This document shows positions 1 through 9,592 of a DNA stretch of 31,919 nt, piece by piece. The first letter of the stretch is position 1; each line of letters starts with the position of its first letter. A program made the translations under genes and the position numbers. This DNA comes from a virus (Duplodnaviria > Caudoviricetes), in IMG/VR virus record IMGVR_UViG_3300033067_000395, positions 1-31,919 of that record, one strand, 5' to 3'. Under the pieces are notes generated by a model. The model worked only from the letters and a program-made list of their open reading frames with translations, was not told where the DNA came from and searched no databases.

Positions 1-1853
1 CCACTACTTGTGTTTAATTGAAAAGCATAGGCAGTGTTACTTGCTGAATTTTTAACAAATATAGCACCCGAACCTGATAATATAGATAAAGTATCAGCAG
101 GAACTCCACTTGAAACTACTCCTTTTACATTTAAGTTTCCTGCAATAAATGCTCCTGTTAAAATATCTATCCAAGAACCATTGTCTAAAATATTACTATT
201 ACCAATTGCACTTGCACCTGTAAATTTAGGAATGTAGTTTGTTGTTCCTAATACAGTAGGAATTTGACTTGTTAAAGCCATAGTTCCGTCAGAAGAGGGC
301 ATTGTAATATTTCTAACTCCGTTATGAATGAATTTGGTTTGTTTTGAACCTCCACTATTTACAATTTGAAAATAATCAGCAGTTCCTCCTAATTGCGTAT
401 AACCAGTAGCACCTGAAAATCCACCCGACTCATTAATTAATAAAATATTAGATTTTATTTGAGTTGAAAACGTTTTTACTCCACTAATTGACTGATCTCC
501 CGTTAATTTAACCACAACGCTATCTAAAGCGTAAGTATTACTATCTAAGCTTCCGTCTCCTTTTACAAATTGTGAGCTTGTGCCTCCTAAGATAGTTCCT
601 AAGCTTTTATTTTTCCATAAATCAGTTGAACTTTCGTAAACTAAAACTTGGTTATTTGTTTTTGAACTTATTGCAACATCGTGCAACTCGTCAAGCTCAT
701 ATCCGTTTTGTATTTTAACTTCAATTTGTCCTAAAGTTGCGTGAGAACGAGTTACTACTCCAATGTAAACTAAATGAGCCGGAGCCAATTGTTTTGTAGT
801 TGTATATTCTCCAGCAGTTGTTGATGATAAGTATAATTGTGAACCCTCTGCAATTGCTGAAGTGTTAACTCCTATTAAATCGCCAGTAACTACAACATAT
901 CCATTTGAGTTATTTGTAATATCGGCTTGAACTAATCCAAAAGTTTGAGCTGACGTTGAGTCTCCAGTTGCAATTGCTTTTGCTATTGTTGGATTGTTTC
1001 CACTTGCTCCATTTATATAAACAACCGATCCTTTTGTAATTGTGGCACCTGAGTTATTTCTAACTAATCGAACTAAAGTTCCAGCTTGACCGGCAACCGG
1101 AAAAGTAATTAAAGTTCCGTCTCCAGCAATGTATTGAGTTGTGTCTCCGGTTGGAACTGGATATTTTCCGTTCAAAGCATTTTGCAAATCTGTTTGGTCT
1201 TCTAAATCTCCGGTTATAATTCCCCAAACCGGACTCTCGTCTGCTATTCTTATGTAAGCACTTCCGGACCAACGATAAACATTTCCTGTGTCTATTGTAA
1301 CGTAAATTTTCCCTGTCTCTCCAGTTGCCGGCAAAGCCGCAAAATTTGCAACCTCAACAACATCGTCAACATAACTTGGAAGTTGTGAATTAGGTACTTT
1401 TCCGTCAACCAAATCCGCCTTAGCATCTAATATGTCGTTCAAGTCTGTTTGATCTGATAAAACTCCTGTAATTGTTCCCCATACTCCAGTTGCAGTAATT
1501 GGAATTTCAACACCAATAAACCAATAAGTCCCATTTGATACCAAAGCATTTAAAGGCTCTGTTGTTGTTATTGTAGCTCCTCCTCCAACGTTTGGAAAAG
1601 TCCCAGGACCTACTAAGATAAACTCTTGGTCCTCTGTTGCTGGTAAAGTCTCTCCGTCATTAACCTCAACCGCTCGAAAACCAACCCCGCCAGTAACGTC
1701 AATAATTTCGCCAATAAAAGTTGCTAAATCCTGTAAATTTCCTTTTTTAAGATAACCTCCAACTTCGTGAGGAATTAAATCTGTTGTACTGTAAGCGGCC
1801 GATTGTAAGTCGCCAACTTTTATCGTTGTTGTTGTTGTTGGATCTATTGCCAT
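1..1853 (-). CDS. Tail fibre / receptor-binding protein, N-terminal part (continues across the circular junction into 31919..31136)
   Basis: Missing from the ORF track because no stop lies in the window. ATG at 1853 (MAIDPTTTTTIKVGDLQ...); the segments I translated stay in frame to base 1 (...AYAFQLNTSS-G). Gly/Thr-rich, with a repeated VWG.ITG.L.DQTDL motif; follows the tail genes. Confidence 0.85.
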   Translation of the reverse strand, partial: MAIDPTTTTTIKVGDLQSAAYSTTDLIPHEVGGYLKKGNLQDLATFIGEIIDVTGGVGFRAVEVNDGETLPATEDQEFILVGPGTFPNVGGGATITTTEPLNALVSNGTYWFIGVEIPITATGVWGTITGVLSDQTDLNDILDAKADLVDGKVPNSQLPSYVDDVVEVANFAALPATGETGKIYVTIDTGNVYRWSGSAYIRIADESPVWGIITGDLEDQTDLQNALNGKYPVPTGDTTQYIAGDGTLITFPVAGQAGTLVRLVRNNSGATITKGSVVYINGASGNNPTIAKAIATGDSTSAQTFGLVQADITNNSNGYVVVTGDLIGVNTSAIAEGSQLYLSSTTAGEYTTTKQLAPAHLVYIGVVTRSHATLGQIEVKIQNGYELDELHDVAISSKTNNQVLVYESSTDLWKNKSLGTILGGTSSQFVKGDGSLDSNTYALDSVVVKLTGDQSISGVKTFSTQIKSNILLINESGGFSGATGYTQLGGTADYFQIVNSGGSKQTKFIHNGVRNITMPSSDGTMALTSQIPTVLGTTNYIPKFTGASAIGNSNILDNGSWIDILTGAFIAGNLNVKGVVSSGVPADTLSILSGSGAIFVKNSASNTAYAFQLNTSS

Positions 1854-1856
1854 TTT

Positions 1857-2357
1857 TTATACTTTTATTAAGTTTGTGTTTCCGTCTTGTACAATTACAC
1901 TCGGATCGCCATTATTCAATAATACTAATTCAATTCCAGCCATTAAAGGCTGACCAAATCCAGTAAGGTTACCGCTAAATGTAATTAGTTCATTAACTGG
2001 AGCAGCTTCTGAAATATCAGTCAAATAAGCTTTTCCATAATCAACAATCGGAAATGTTGGTCCTTGAATTTTCCATTCTAATAATTGCCTATCTCTTTTA
2101 AGCTCTTTTAAGCGATCATAACTGGCAACATTAAAGTTTCCTCCAGCAATTGTCGAATTGACTTGTATTCCGTTAAAAGATATGCTATAACTTTGCATTG
2201 TTGGTCGGCTTGTCATCCAGCCAGCGTTGTCTCTTGTTGTCGTGTCGATTGTTTCTGAGCTTTCACTAAATGAATTTTCACTCAAACAACCTATCGGTAT
2301 ATAAGTCCCCGATAATTTTATATATAATATTCTGTCTTCTCCTTTGAAATGTTCCAT
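1857..2357 (-). CDS. Second tail-tube-like protein (paralog of major tail protein)
   Basis: PIGCLSENSFSESSETIDTTTRD...SYSISFNG...L.WK...YGKAYLTDIS...TFSGNLTGFG aligns by eye with 7155..7595 (PVACLTSNSLS...SYTLDAEG...ITWK...YGSALISDLS...TFSVTLNGDG). Confidence 0.75.
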   Translation of the reverse strand: MEHFKGEDRILYIKLSGTYIPIGCLSENSFSESSETIDTTTRDNAGWMTSRPTMQSYSISFNGIQVNSTIAGGNFNVASYDRLKELKRDRQLLEWKIQGPTFPIVDYGKAYLTDISEAAPVNELITFSGNLTGFGQPLMAGIELVLLNNGDPSVIVQDGNTNLIKV

Positions 2358-2361
2358 ACTA

Positions 2362-2369
2362 CAAAATTA
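2362..2369 (-). promoter_or_regulatory. Bacteroidota -7 promoter element (TAATTTTG), 4 nt before ATG
   Basis: Minus strand reads TAATTTTG-TAGT-ATG; matches the TAnnTTTG consensus. Confidence 0.55.
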
Positions 2370-2376
2370 ATAAATT

Positions 2377-4635
2377 TTATGACGTAATTGTCGGCTTAAC
2401 TGTATTTCCATAATCTAAAGTAAATTTATAATCTATATCGTTAAGTTCATCTCCAAAAAATTGCAAAAGTTTTACAGTTGTTGTGTTTCTTAATGCATCA
2501 AAACTCCATTCAATTGGTAAAAATTTACCCTCTAAATTATCAATACTAATAACAGACAAATAAGACATGTATCCGTAAATATCTCCAGTAAATACTTTTT
2601 GAGGCTTTTGTCTAATTCTTAAAATATCCTCTGCCGATATTCTTAAAATTGGTTTGTTTTCTACTTTGTCACGTCTTGACCATGATGTAGTTGCATCTGT
2701 TTCATTATTTTTAAAAATAGCACCCTCATATAATAAAGTCGGACTATCTCCGTTTGATATTTGAGTCGTATCTGTTGAGATTGAACTTGGTCGATCTTGT
2801 CTTTGTACAGTATGAAACTCTCCAATTGCTCCAGTAATTGAGTCGCTGTTATTTTTATTAATTATATCAATTAAATTAATTAGTACATTAGATGCAACTT
2901 CATTAAAAGATTTTTGTGGCTTATAAACAGAAATTATAATTGATCCACTAACTGGCAAAGCTGGTAAATTAATTGACAAATTTAAAACCCTTTCCATAAC
3001 TAATCTTATGTCATTTACAGTTGTTGACCACTCATAATTTGTGCCATTAAAAAACAAATAATAATCTGTCCCACTTGTATCTAATTTTATTTGATATTTT
3101 AAATTGAAATAACCAGGGTCGTAAATTTCCCTAACTACATCATAAAAATCATCAAAAATAGTTTGACGTGCATTTATTTTTATATCTAAAACAGTATTAA
3201 TATCAAATGCAATTGGATTTGAGTAAAAAATAACAGGATAAACAACATCGCTAACAACCGGCTCGATAATTATTCCCTGATTACTCAAAGGATCTAAAAC
3301 TACATCTAAAGGCGAAACAATTGTATATCCTGGATAATCATATCCATTATGAATTAAATTTTTATTTGGTGCAATTGATTTGAAAAATCCGTATTTATAA
3401 TTTATCCTCGCTGCTGAAACTGACCCTTTTATTTCTATTTGTTGATTTCCTCCAGCATGATGTGGATAAAAATTATTTATTTGACTACCTAAGTTAAATT
3501 CTAAATTTTTAGTATTTAATTTAATATAACTGTTGTCAGTTTCACTATACTGTCTAAATTTCACAATTGAGTTTTCATATAATTCGTTTGGTCTGTAAAT
3601 ATACCATTGTCCCTCAATTTGAGAAATTACTGCGTTAAATAAATTTAAAACAGAACTTAAAACATTGTTACAGTCCATTATTGTGTCGTTGTCATCTTTT
3701 ACAAATCTGTCAACACTTACATAAGTCTCGTTTAACGGATCCAAAGTATCAGTTGGAGTCAATCCTTCGTAATAAATATTTACGCTCGTGTTGATGTTCA
3801 TTTGCAGTCCTGTTCTCTTCAAACAATTATAAATAACATCAATTGCTTTTTGCTTTCCAACCCAATGTAAACCATTTGATTGAACAAAAGCCAAATCCTT
3901 TAATAAACCCAATCCGTCAACACATGTCAAATTCATTATCCACTGGTCCTGAACAAATGACTGATAAACTCCGTCCGGTTTTAAATATCCGTCAAATAAT
4001 AATTTATTTCTACGATACATTTTTACAGCAAAAGAGTTTTCCTCCTCTGTGTATAAATCCTCTAAAGTTAAATCTGTTGAAGCGTTTAAATTTAATTCCA
4101 AACCATTTCCACGAATTGCCTCTAAATTATCTTTAACGGATCCATATTTCAAAACTCCATATCCAGAAACGTTTGTTGAAGCTCCAGTATAATTTTTTTG
4201 ATATATTCTAACTGAGTAAGGAACTTGCTCCATGTCAGCCCAATCAATTAAGTATTTTAATTTATAACTTAAACTTGGATTGAAAGCATCGTCTGAAATT
4301 AAAATATTTTCGTTTGCATCCTCTGGATAAGTAACAACAGCATTTTCAAAATTTAAAATTATTTCTATTGTATTATCAACTCTGGAATAACTTATGTTTG
4401 AACTGTAATAAAATTGAACTAAAAAATTCAATGTTGCATCAATAGTCTCAGACAAAGTCGGTTTTAAACCTATTGACGTATAATCTACGTTATTGCCTGA
4501 GACGTAATCTAAATTTAAAGTTGTATATGCATTTGGATATAAAAAAGGTATTTCGTCAATGGTTATATCGTAACTAAATGCATTTCCAACTGTTGGATTT
4601 GCTGTAAATTCTATTAAAATTTTTCTGTTTGCCAT
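2377..4635 (-). CDS. Tail tip / baseplate hub-type structural protein (752 aa)
   Basis: Directly downstream of the tape measure gene; beta-rich; segments such as LTCVDGLGLLK and FNAVISQIEGQWYI resemble tail-hub proteins. Mostly a positional call. Confidence 0.6.
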   Translation of the reverse strand: MANRKILIEFTANPTVGNAFSYDITIDEIPFLYPNAYTTLNLDYVSGNNVDYTSIGLKPTLSETIDATLNFLVQFYYSSNISYSRVDNTIEIILNFENAVVTYPEDANENILISDDAFNPSLSYKLKYLIDWADMEQVPYSVRIYQKNYTGASTNVSGYGVLKYGSVKDNLEAIRGNGLELNLNASTDLTLEDLYTEEENSFAVKMYRRNKLLFDGYLKPDGVYQSFVQDQWIMNLTCVDGLGLLKDLAFVQSNGLHWVGKQKAIDVIYNCLKRTGLQMNINTSVNIYYEGLTPTDTLDPLNETYVSVDRFVKDDNDTIMDCNNVLSSVLNLFNAVISQIEGQWYIYRPNELYENSIVKFRQYSETDNSYIKLNTKNLEFNLGSQINNFYPHHAGGNQQIEIKGSVSAARINYKYGFFKSIAPNKNLIHNGYDYPGYTIVSPLDVVLDPLSNQGIIIEPVVSDVVYPVIFYSNPIAFDINTVLDIKINARQTIFDDFYDVVREIYDPGYFNLKYQIKLDTSGTDYYLFFNGTNYEWSTTVNDIRLVMERVLNLSINLPALPVSGSIIISVYKPQKSFNEVASNVLINLIDIINKNNSDSITGAIGEFHTVQRQDRPSSISTDTTQISNGDSPTLLYEGAIFKNNETDATTSWSRRDKVENKPILRISAEDILRIRQKPQKVFTGDIYGYMSYLSVISIDNLEGKFLPIEWSFDALRNTTTVKLLQFFGDELNDIDYKFTLDYGNTVKPTITS

Positions 4636-4636
4636 T

Positions 4637-6484
4637 TTATCCTATTGCTAAGTTTCCGCCTAATCTTTGATTTGCTCCCAATGTATTGCTTAATACTCCA
4701 ATTAATTTTTGTCCTGAAATTTCAAAAACAACTGTTCCGGATCCAGTATTAAAAGTTCCTCCGCTAGATACTGAGCTTTGAGGACTTGAGACACTTGCTC
4801 CAGTTTGATAATCTCCTCCTCCACTTGACGAACCTGCTCCAGATCCTCCCATTGAACCTCCTAAGCTTTTCGATTTTGCACTAAATGCCGAACCCAAAGC
4901 AACTAATCCAATACCGGCTGCAATTGCAACGTATGGGTTTAATGTTTGTAATGATTTTTTAACCGCTAAAATTCCAATACCGGTTTTAATAGCCATTTCT
5001 CCTAATTGTACTAAAATAGATCCCATTCCAGCTAATAAGGCACCTCCGGCAGCTTTCATAACATTTCCTCCGGTTGCCAATGCATTTCCTATCGCATCAC
5101 CCAATCCAGCAAAAGTATTTCCAATTCCATTATAAATAATGTCGTTGGCTTGCTCATTAAAATCGTAAAGAGTTGTTAACATATTGACAGTCTCACTACT
5201 AACAGCCTCTTTACTAAGTAGCAAATTAGCAGCAACAAACTCTCCAGCTTTTCCGTATGTTTGAATTAATTGTCCGTCTCTTCCTATTCTATCTTTTGCA
5301 ATTTGAAGCTGTTTATCGTCTAATCCAACTAAGTCGGCAGCTTTTGGCAATGGTATAGCTCCAACATTTCTTTTTGACCATTGTTTTTGTTTTTTTGGAG
5401 GTTTAGCACTTGCACCTGGTTTTAGTATAACTTTTGATGCCGATTGAGAAGCTGTTTTAATTAAATTCTCATACTTAGCAACCTCTTTATTTAAAGCAAT
5501 AACCTCGTTTCTCGTCTCTTGTAATCTTTGAGTTGCTCTCTGAGAAGCCGATGCATAAAATTGCATTGAATTTGCAGCAGCTGGATTGCTAGCCGCTTTT
5601 TGATAAGCTGCCTCAGCTTTTGCAGCCTCATCTCTTTGTTTAATTAACCTTGCATTTGCCTCCCATAATTTTAAAGTTGGCTCCGCTGCCTTTTCAGACA
5701 TTTTTTCAGCAATTGCCTTATTGATTAAAGCTTTTGTAACATCATTAACAACCGATGTTAAATCACTATACATTATCTCCTCTTTTGACAAATTGCCAAA
5801 ATAGTTAGGGTACATTTTTTGCAACTGATCAACAGCCTCCAAACGCATTTTTTTACTTTGTGCTTCGGATTGAGCTATTGCAATTAAACCTTTTAAAGCT
5901 CCAGTTTCCTCAATTGCTGAGATAGTTGCCTCTCTTGAAGCCTCCTTTAATGAATTTGCAAATCCGCTAAAATTTCCAGTTAGTTTGTTAAATACATCAC
6001 TAATTGTCAAACCTTGTTGAGCCATTACTGTCAATCCGGTAGTAACTAATGAAATAGCTAATAAAACCCCTCCTGGACCTAATAATGAAGCTCCAACGGC
6101 TTTCAAGGCATTTCCAGCTCCTCCAGAACTTTTTGCTAAATATGTGAAACTTTCAGCTGTTGCAGTTAAGTTGTTTCCAATACCAATAATTCCAAATGGA
6201 GCATCCTGAGCAATTCTTGAAAATTGAGTTAAGGTACTCGATCCATTTGCAGTTGCTCTTGAGTTATTATTAAAAGCAGTTGTTGTACTACCTAATGAAT
6301 TTTTCAATCCATTTAATTTTGTAGTCGTATCTGCTATTTGTTTATTAATTGTACTCGTGTCAAGTCCGAGTTTTATGTTTGAGGCTTGTTGACTTTTGAG
6401 TTTTGCAAGTTCCTTTTCGACTTTTGCAATCTCAGACATAAATCCGCCACTGTCGGCACCGATTTGTACTTCTAATTTAGCCAT
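4637..6484 (-). CDS. Tail tape measure protein (615 aa)
   Basis: Follows the tail chaperones; Ala/Gly-rich helical sequence with hydrophobic segments; N-terminus MAKLEVQIGAD. Confidence 0.85.
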   Translation of the reverse strand: MAKLEVQIGADSGGFMSEIAKVEKELAKLKSQQASNIKLGLDTSTINKQIADTTTKLNGLKNSLGSTTTAFNNNSRATANGSSTLTQFSRIAQDAPFGIIGIGNNLTATAESFTYLAKSSGGAGNALKAVGASLLGPGGVLLAISLVTTGLTVMAQQGLTISDVFNKLTGNFSGFANSLKEASREATISAIEETGALKGLIAIAQSEAQSKKMRLEAVDQLQKMYPNYFGNLSKEEIMYSDLTSVVNDVTKALINKAIAEKMSEKAAEPTLKLWEANARLIKQRDEAAKAEAAYQKAASNPAAANSMQFYASASQRATQRLQETRNEVIALNKEVAKYENLIKTASQSASKVILKPGASAKPPKKQKQWSKRNVGAIPLPKAADLVGLDDKQLQIAKDRIGRDGQLIQTYGKAGEFVAANLLLSKEAVSSETVNMLTTLYDFNEQANDIIYNGIGNTFAGLGDAIGNALATGGNVMKAAGGALLAGMGSILVQLGEMAIKTGIGILAVKKSLQTLNPYVAIAAGIGLVALGSAFSAKSKSLGGSMGGSGAGSSSGGGDYQTGASVSSPQSSVSSGGTFNTGSGTVVFEISGQKLIGVLSNTLGANQRLGGNLAIG

Positions 6485-6823
6485 TTTTCTTTTGGTTTAA
6501 ATATTCTTTGTATGCTTTTAAAAAGTTTTCCTTTTGATCAGTACTAACTTCTTTTTTTGTATTGTTTCCTAAGCTCATAAACCTATCTATTGTTTTAGGT
6601 AACTTTTTAGGATCCTGGTGCGGTGCTATAAATGCACTCCAAGCTATTTGTCGGACCTTTTCCCATTCTCTCAACTCCATTCTCTTATACGCAAAAAGGC
6701 GAATTTGGAACTCTGCGAAAGTCATATCATAAACATCACTTAACCGCAAAATTCCAAGTTCGCCACAAGCAAAGGCAATAACATCTGCCTTAAAATCTAT
6801 TTTTTTGGATTCACTTTTTTTTT
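6477..6823 (-). CDS. Tail assembly chaperone, T segment (reached by -1 frameshift from 6797..7129)
   Basis: The -1 frame is open from the A9 run at 6815-6823 (KKSESKKIDFKADVIAFACGELGILRLSDVYDMTFAEF...) to the stop at 6477; lambda G/GT arrangement. Confidence 0.75.
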
Positions 6824-7129
6824 GCTATCGTCAACCGGAACGTCCTTATTCATCGAGTCGTTAAAAGCTTTGTGAAATTCATTCCAAAAGCTCCCTCCAA
6901 TTCCTCCATTTTCGTCAATCCAATCATTTACATCATACATTGTAAAATCTATTTCCTTAGAGTTTCTTTTATAAGAGTAAGCCAATGAATAATACATCAT
7001 TTTAGGAATTAAAACAGCGTCGGCCTGTGAGCCTAATTCGTCAAGTCTTAAACCTGTTCCGTCTAACAATTCATTTAAAAAACCTATTCCAAAATGGAAC
7101 TCTTTGTCTAATATAATTACTTTATGCAT
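6797..7129 (-). CDS. Tail assembly chaperone (G-like)
   Basis: Lies between the major tail and tape measure genes; ends in slippery A-runs (SKKKVNPKK). Confidence 0.75.
   Translation of the reverse strand: MHKVIILDKEFHFGIGFLNELLDGTGLRLDELGSQADAVLIPKMMYYSLAYSYKRNSKEIDFTMYDVNDWIDENGGIGGSFWNEFHKAFNDSMNKDVPVDDSKKKVNPKK
6800..6823 (-). other. Programmed -1 ribosomal frameshift site(s)
   Basis: AGC AAA AAA AAA GTG AAT CCA AAA AAA TAG contains two in-frame A-AAA-AAA heptamers. Confidence 0.7.
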
Positions 7130-7154
7130 GATTTGATTAATTGGTTAATGATTT

Positions 7155-7595
7155 TTAAGCTTCTGGATCAGTTGTTACAACTAAGCCGTCTCCGTTTAAA
7201 GTTACTGAAAAAGTAGCCAAGTCATCTCCAGACCCCATATCCAAAGATAAGTCTGAGATTAAAGCACTTCCGTAATAAACTGCTCCAGTAACTCCAGTTA
7301 CTAATTTCCAAGTGATTAAAGCTTTTGCAAGTTGCAAATCGAATAAATAATCGTGAGAAGCTTTTGTGTCGTCTCCTCCAACAGAAGTCGTATCGATATA
7401 CTCTCCCTCTGCGTCTAAAGTGTAGCTGTAAATTCCAGCTTGTACTTTAGTTACTCCTGGATCGCATTTTGTGTTTGATTCAATAACAGAAACTGCTGTT
7501 GATAAACTGTTTGAAGTTAAACAAGCTACTGGTCTGTAAGCTGCTCCGTCGTGTACGTAAAGTATTCCAACTTCTCCTTTAATTGGTGTTGCCAT
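7155..7595 (-). CDS. Major tail (tube) protein
   Basis: Follows the tail terminator; 146-aa beta-rich sequence with IESNTKCD and C-terminal ATFSVTLNGDG typical of siphovirus tube proteins. Confidence 0.85.
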   Translation of the reverse strand: MATPIKGEVGILYVHDGAAYRPVACLTSNSLSTAVSVIESNTKCDPGVTKVQAGIYSYTLDAEGEYIDTTSVGGDDTKASHDYLFDLQLAKALITWKLVTGVTGAVYYGSALISDLSLDMGSGDDLATFSVTLNGDGLVVTTDPEA

Positions 7596-7606
7596 AATTT
7601 CTTTTT

Positions 7607-8035
7607 TTAATTAAGTGTTAATTCCAAAGTTAAAAAACTTCGGTAAATATTTTCTGTGTCTGTAATAGTTTCTAATTGTGTGTTATAACTTAAATCCTGA
7701 GTCACAACGTCAAAATTTGCAACCTCTATTTGAGGTAATAATAAATCGCTTACCGCTTGTTCTATATCGTTTAATAATACTCTACTGCCAGCATTCCCCT
7801 GAGAGCTTGTCTTGGTAAATATTTCTATTAATACGGACGTATTCCAACGGTATTCACATTTATTTGCCTTTTCTATTGTTTTAGTCTGAGCCGTTAATAA
7901 GATATAATTCAAAAGCTTAGCGTTTCCAGTTATACGACTGTCAAAACATTTAATTGTTTTTCCCGATACCTCAATATCATTCAAAAGGTCAAAAATTGCC
8001 TTTCTAATGTGTTTATCTGGATTCGTTGTTATCAT
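7607..8035 (-). CDS. Tail terminator / tail completion protein
   Basis: Synteny between the HK97 gp10-like and major tail genes; size 142 aa. Confidence 0.65.
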   Translation of the reverse strand: MITTNPDKHIRKAIFDLLNDIEVSGKTIKCFDSRITGNAKLLNYILLTAQTKTIEKANKCEYRWNTSVLIEIFTKTSSQGNAGSRVLLNDIEQAVSDLLLPQIEVANFDVVTQDLSYNTQLETITDTENIYRSFLTLELTLN

Positions 8036-8039
8036 ACGT

Positions 8040-8047
8040 CAAAATTA
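8040..8047 (-). promoter_or_regulatory. -7 promoter element (TAATTTTG), 4 nt before ATG
   Basis: Minus strand reads TAATTTTG-ACGT-ATG. Confidence 0.55.
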
Positions 8048-8569
8048 CTAAATTTTTTTATTATATTTTGATAATAATTTTTTTAAGTTATCTAAGTACT
8101 GTTTTTTTCCTTTTATCCAAGCTGGATAAAGAAAAGGTTTTGGATTAACTCCAGCTCCTAAGATAGTTGAAAAAATTACCCACGCATATTTTTCGTCAAT
8201 TCCTTTATGTTTGCACCAAAGTTTAATTGACTCCAAACCCTCTTTATAACTTCCGGTTTTTTTGCCTTTAAAACTTGCCGCCATATCTTTGAACTCAGCC
8301 GGAATACTTACTTTTGTTCCGGTCCCGAATTCCATATATCCTGCGTACATTTCTTGAGTTGATATTTTGTATTGACTATCTTTTATTTTTTCTTTGCTAA
8401 TCGATTGAGCTAATTTACCAAAGTTTTTAGGTGCCAGTCTTTTTGCATCCGCCTCAATTTGCAAAGCAACGTCGTTTGTTTCCGCATCAATTAGCTTTTC
8501 CATATCGTTGCCATATTTGCGAAGCTCTTTAATAACTTGGTCAACTCCTTTAATCGATCCCTTTGCCAT
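8048..8569 (-). CDS. HK97 gp10-like neck/tail-completion protein
   Basis: Motifs AKRLAP..G.L..SI, YAGYMEFGT and PKPFLYPA. Confidence 0.85.
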   Translation of the reverse strand: MAKGSIKGVDQVIKELRKYGNDMEKLIDAETNDVALQIEADAKRLAPKNFGKLAQSISKEKIKDSQYKISTQEMYAGYMEFGTGTKVSIPAEFKDMAASFKGKKTGSYKEGLESIKLWCKHKGIDEKYAWVIFSTILGAGVNPKPFLYPAWIKGKKQYLDNLKKLLSKYNKKI

Positions 8570-8882
8570 TTGCTGTTATATTAACAAATCTAAATAACTC
8601 GTCGTCATAACTCACATCGTTAACAACATATTTTGCTCCTCTATAAACAATACTCAAATTATCCAAATCAACATTTATCGTTGAGTTGTTTCTTATCTTA
8701 AAAGAATAATTATCTTTAATATAAGATCCTCCATTTGCGTTGTCTCTAAACGAGCTTAGTTGTCTAACATTTGCCCAGAAACTACCAATTAAAACGTCCT
8801 CAATAGTATAACCTCCAAAACCGTCCTCAACGTTTGAAGTTTTATAAATTTGAATTTTTCGGCTTAATTCTCTCGCAATCAT
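8550..8882 (-). CDS. Head closure (head-tail joining) protein
   Basis: DGFGG, WANV, FKIR and IVYRGAKY pattern of SPP1 gp16-like proteins; synteny. Confidence 0.8.
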   Translation of the reverse strand: MIARELSRKIQIYKTSNVEDGFGGYTIEDVLIGSFWANVRQLSSFRDNANGGSYIKDNYSFKIRNNSTINVDLDNLSIVYRGAKYVVNDVSYDDELFRFVNITANGKGID

Positions 8883-9325
8883 AGAAAACGTCTGTTTACA
8901 TCAATAGCCTGCATCACTGATTCCGGAATTAAGGTTGTATTAACTTGTTTTTCGCTTTCGTAATACCAAACCTTTATCATTTGCAAACAAGCCTGTATAA
9001 GCTCGTCTGGGACGTCTGTCGGGTCCTCATATCCTACGTTCAAAGTAACTTCTGTTTCATTTGGATAAAGATCACATAAGGAGTAATGAATTACAACTGG
9101 ATCGGTTGGACTTACAATATCATTAATAGGATAATCGTAAACTTTTACCGGATGCCCTTTATAAACAACCTCTCTCGCATAAAATATATGATTTGTTCTT
9201 TTCTCAACGAAAATACAAGCTGCTTTAATCATTGATTGGATTTCGTTGTCGTCATCCTCCAAGTCTTCGTCAACTCTTAAATAGTTTAAAACTCTAGCCA
9301 AAGGCAATACATCTAAATACGCCAT
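8879..9325 (-). CDS. Head-tail connector (HK97 gp6 / SPP1 gp15-like)
   Basis: YLRVD..DD..I..MIKAA...VE and VP..L.QA.L..I..WY motifs. Confidence 0.85.
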   Translation of the reverse strand: MAYLDVLPLARVLNYLRVDEDLEDDDNEIQSMIKAACIFVEKRTNHIFYAREVVYKGHPVKVYDYPINDIVSPTDPVVIHYSLCDLYPNETEVTLNVGYEDPTDVPDELIQACLQMIKVWYYESEKQVNTTLIPESVMQAIDVNRRFL

Positions 9326-9507
9326 TATTTTTTAGCTTTTACTGTTTTTGGTTTTTCAACTGATCCACTTGCCAAAAGTTTATCGACAAATTTATTCTTT
9401 ATCATTCTCTCAGCATCCTCTTTTGATAATTCAATTACATCGCCAACAACATAGTTTTTTTGTTCCGATAATTTATAAAAAGGTGCGATTACAATATAAT
9501 TTTCCAT
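9325..9507 (-). CDS. Small post-capsid protein
   Basis: 60 aa with Y.VGDVIELSKEDAERM and a basic tail; typical small gene after the capsid gene. Confidence 0.6.
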   Translation of the reverse strand: MENYIVIAPFYKLSEQKNYVVGDVIELSKEDAERMIKNKFVDKLLASGSVEKPKTVKAKK

Positions 9508-9529
9508 AACTTAAATTTTTAATATTATA

Positions 9530-9537
9530 CAAATTTA
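9530..9537 (-). promoter_or_regulatory. -7 promoter element (TAAATTTG) just after the capsid terminator
   Basis: Consensus match positioned to restart transcription of neck/tail genes. Confidence 0.45.
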
Positions 9538-9540
9538 ATA

Positions 9541-9572
9541 AAAAAGCCTATACAAAAATTGCATAGGCTTTT
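9541..9572 (-). terminator. Intrinsic terminator after the major capsid gene
   Basis: AAAAGCCTAT...ATAGGCTTTTT hairpin followed by a U-tract. Confidence 0.8.
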
Positions 9573-9592
9573 AATTTTTAGAAAGTTACAAC

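Noticed and set aside
1060-1272. Minus-strand 70-aa ORF
   Set aside because: Out-of-frame shadow inside the tail fibre gene.
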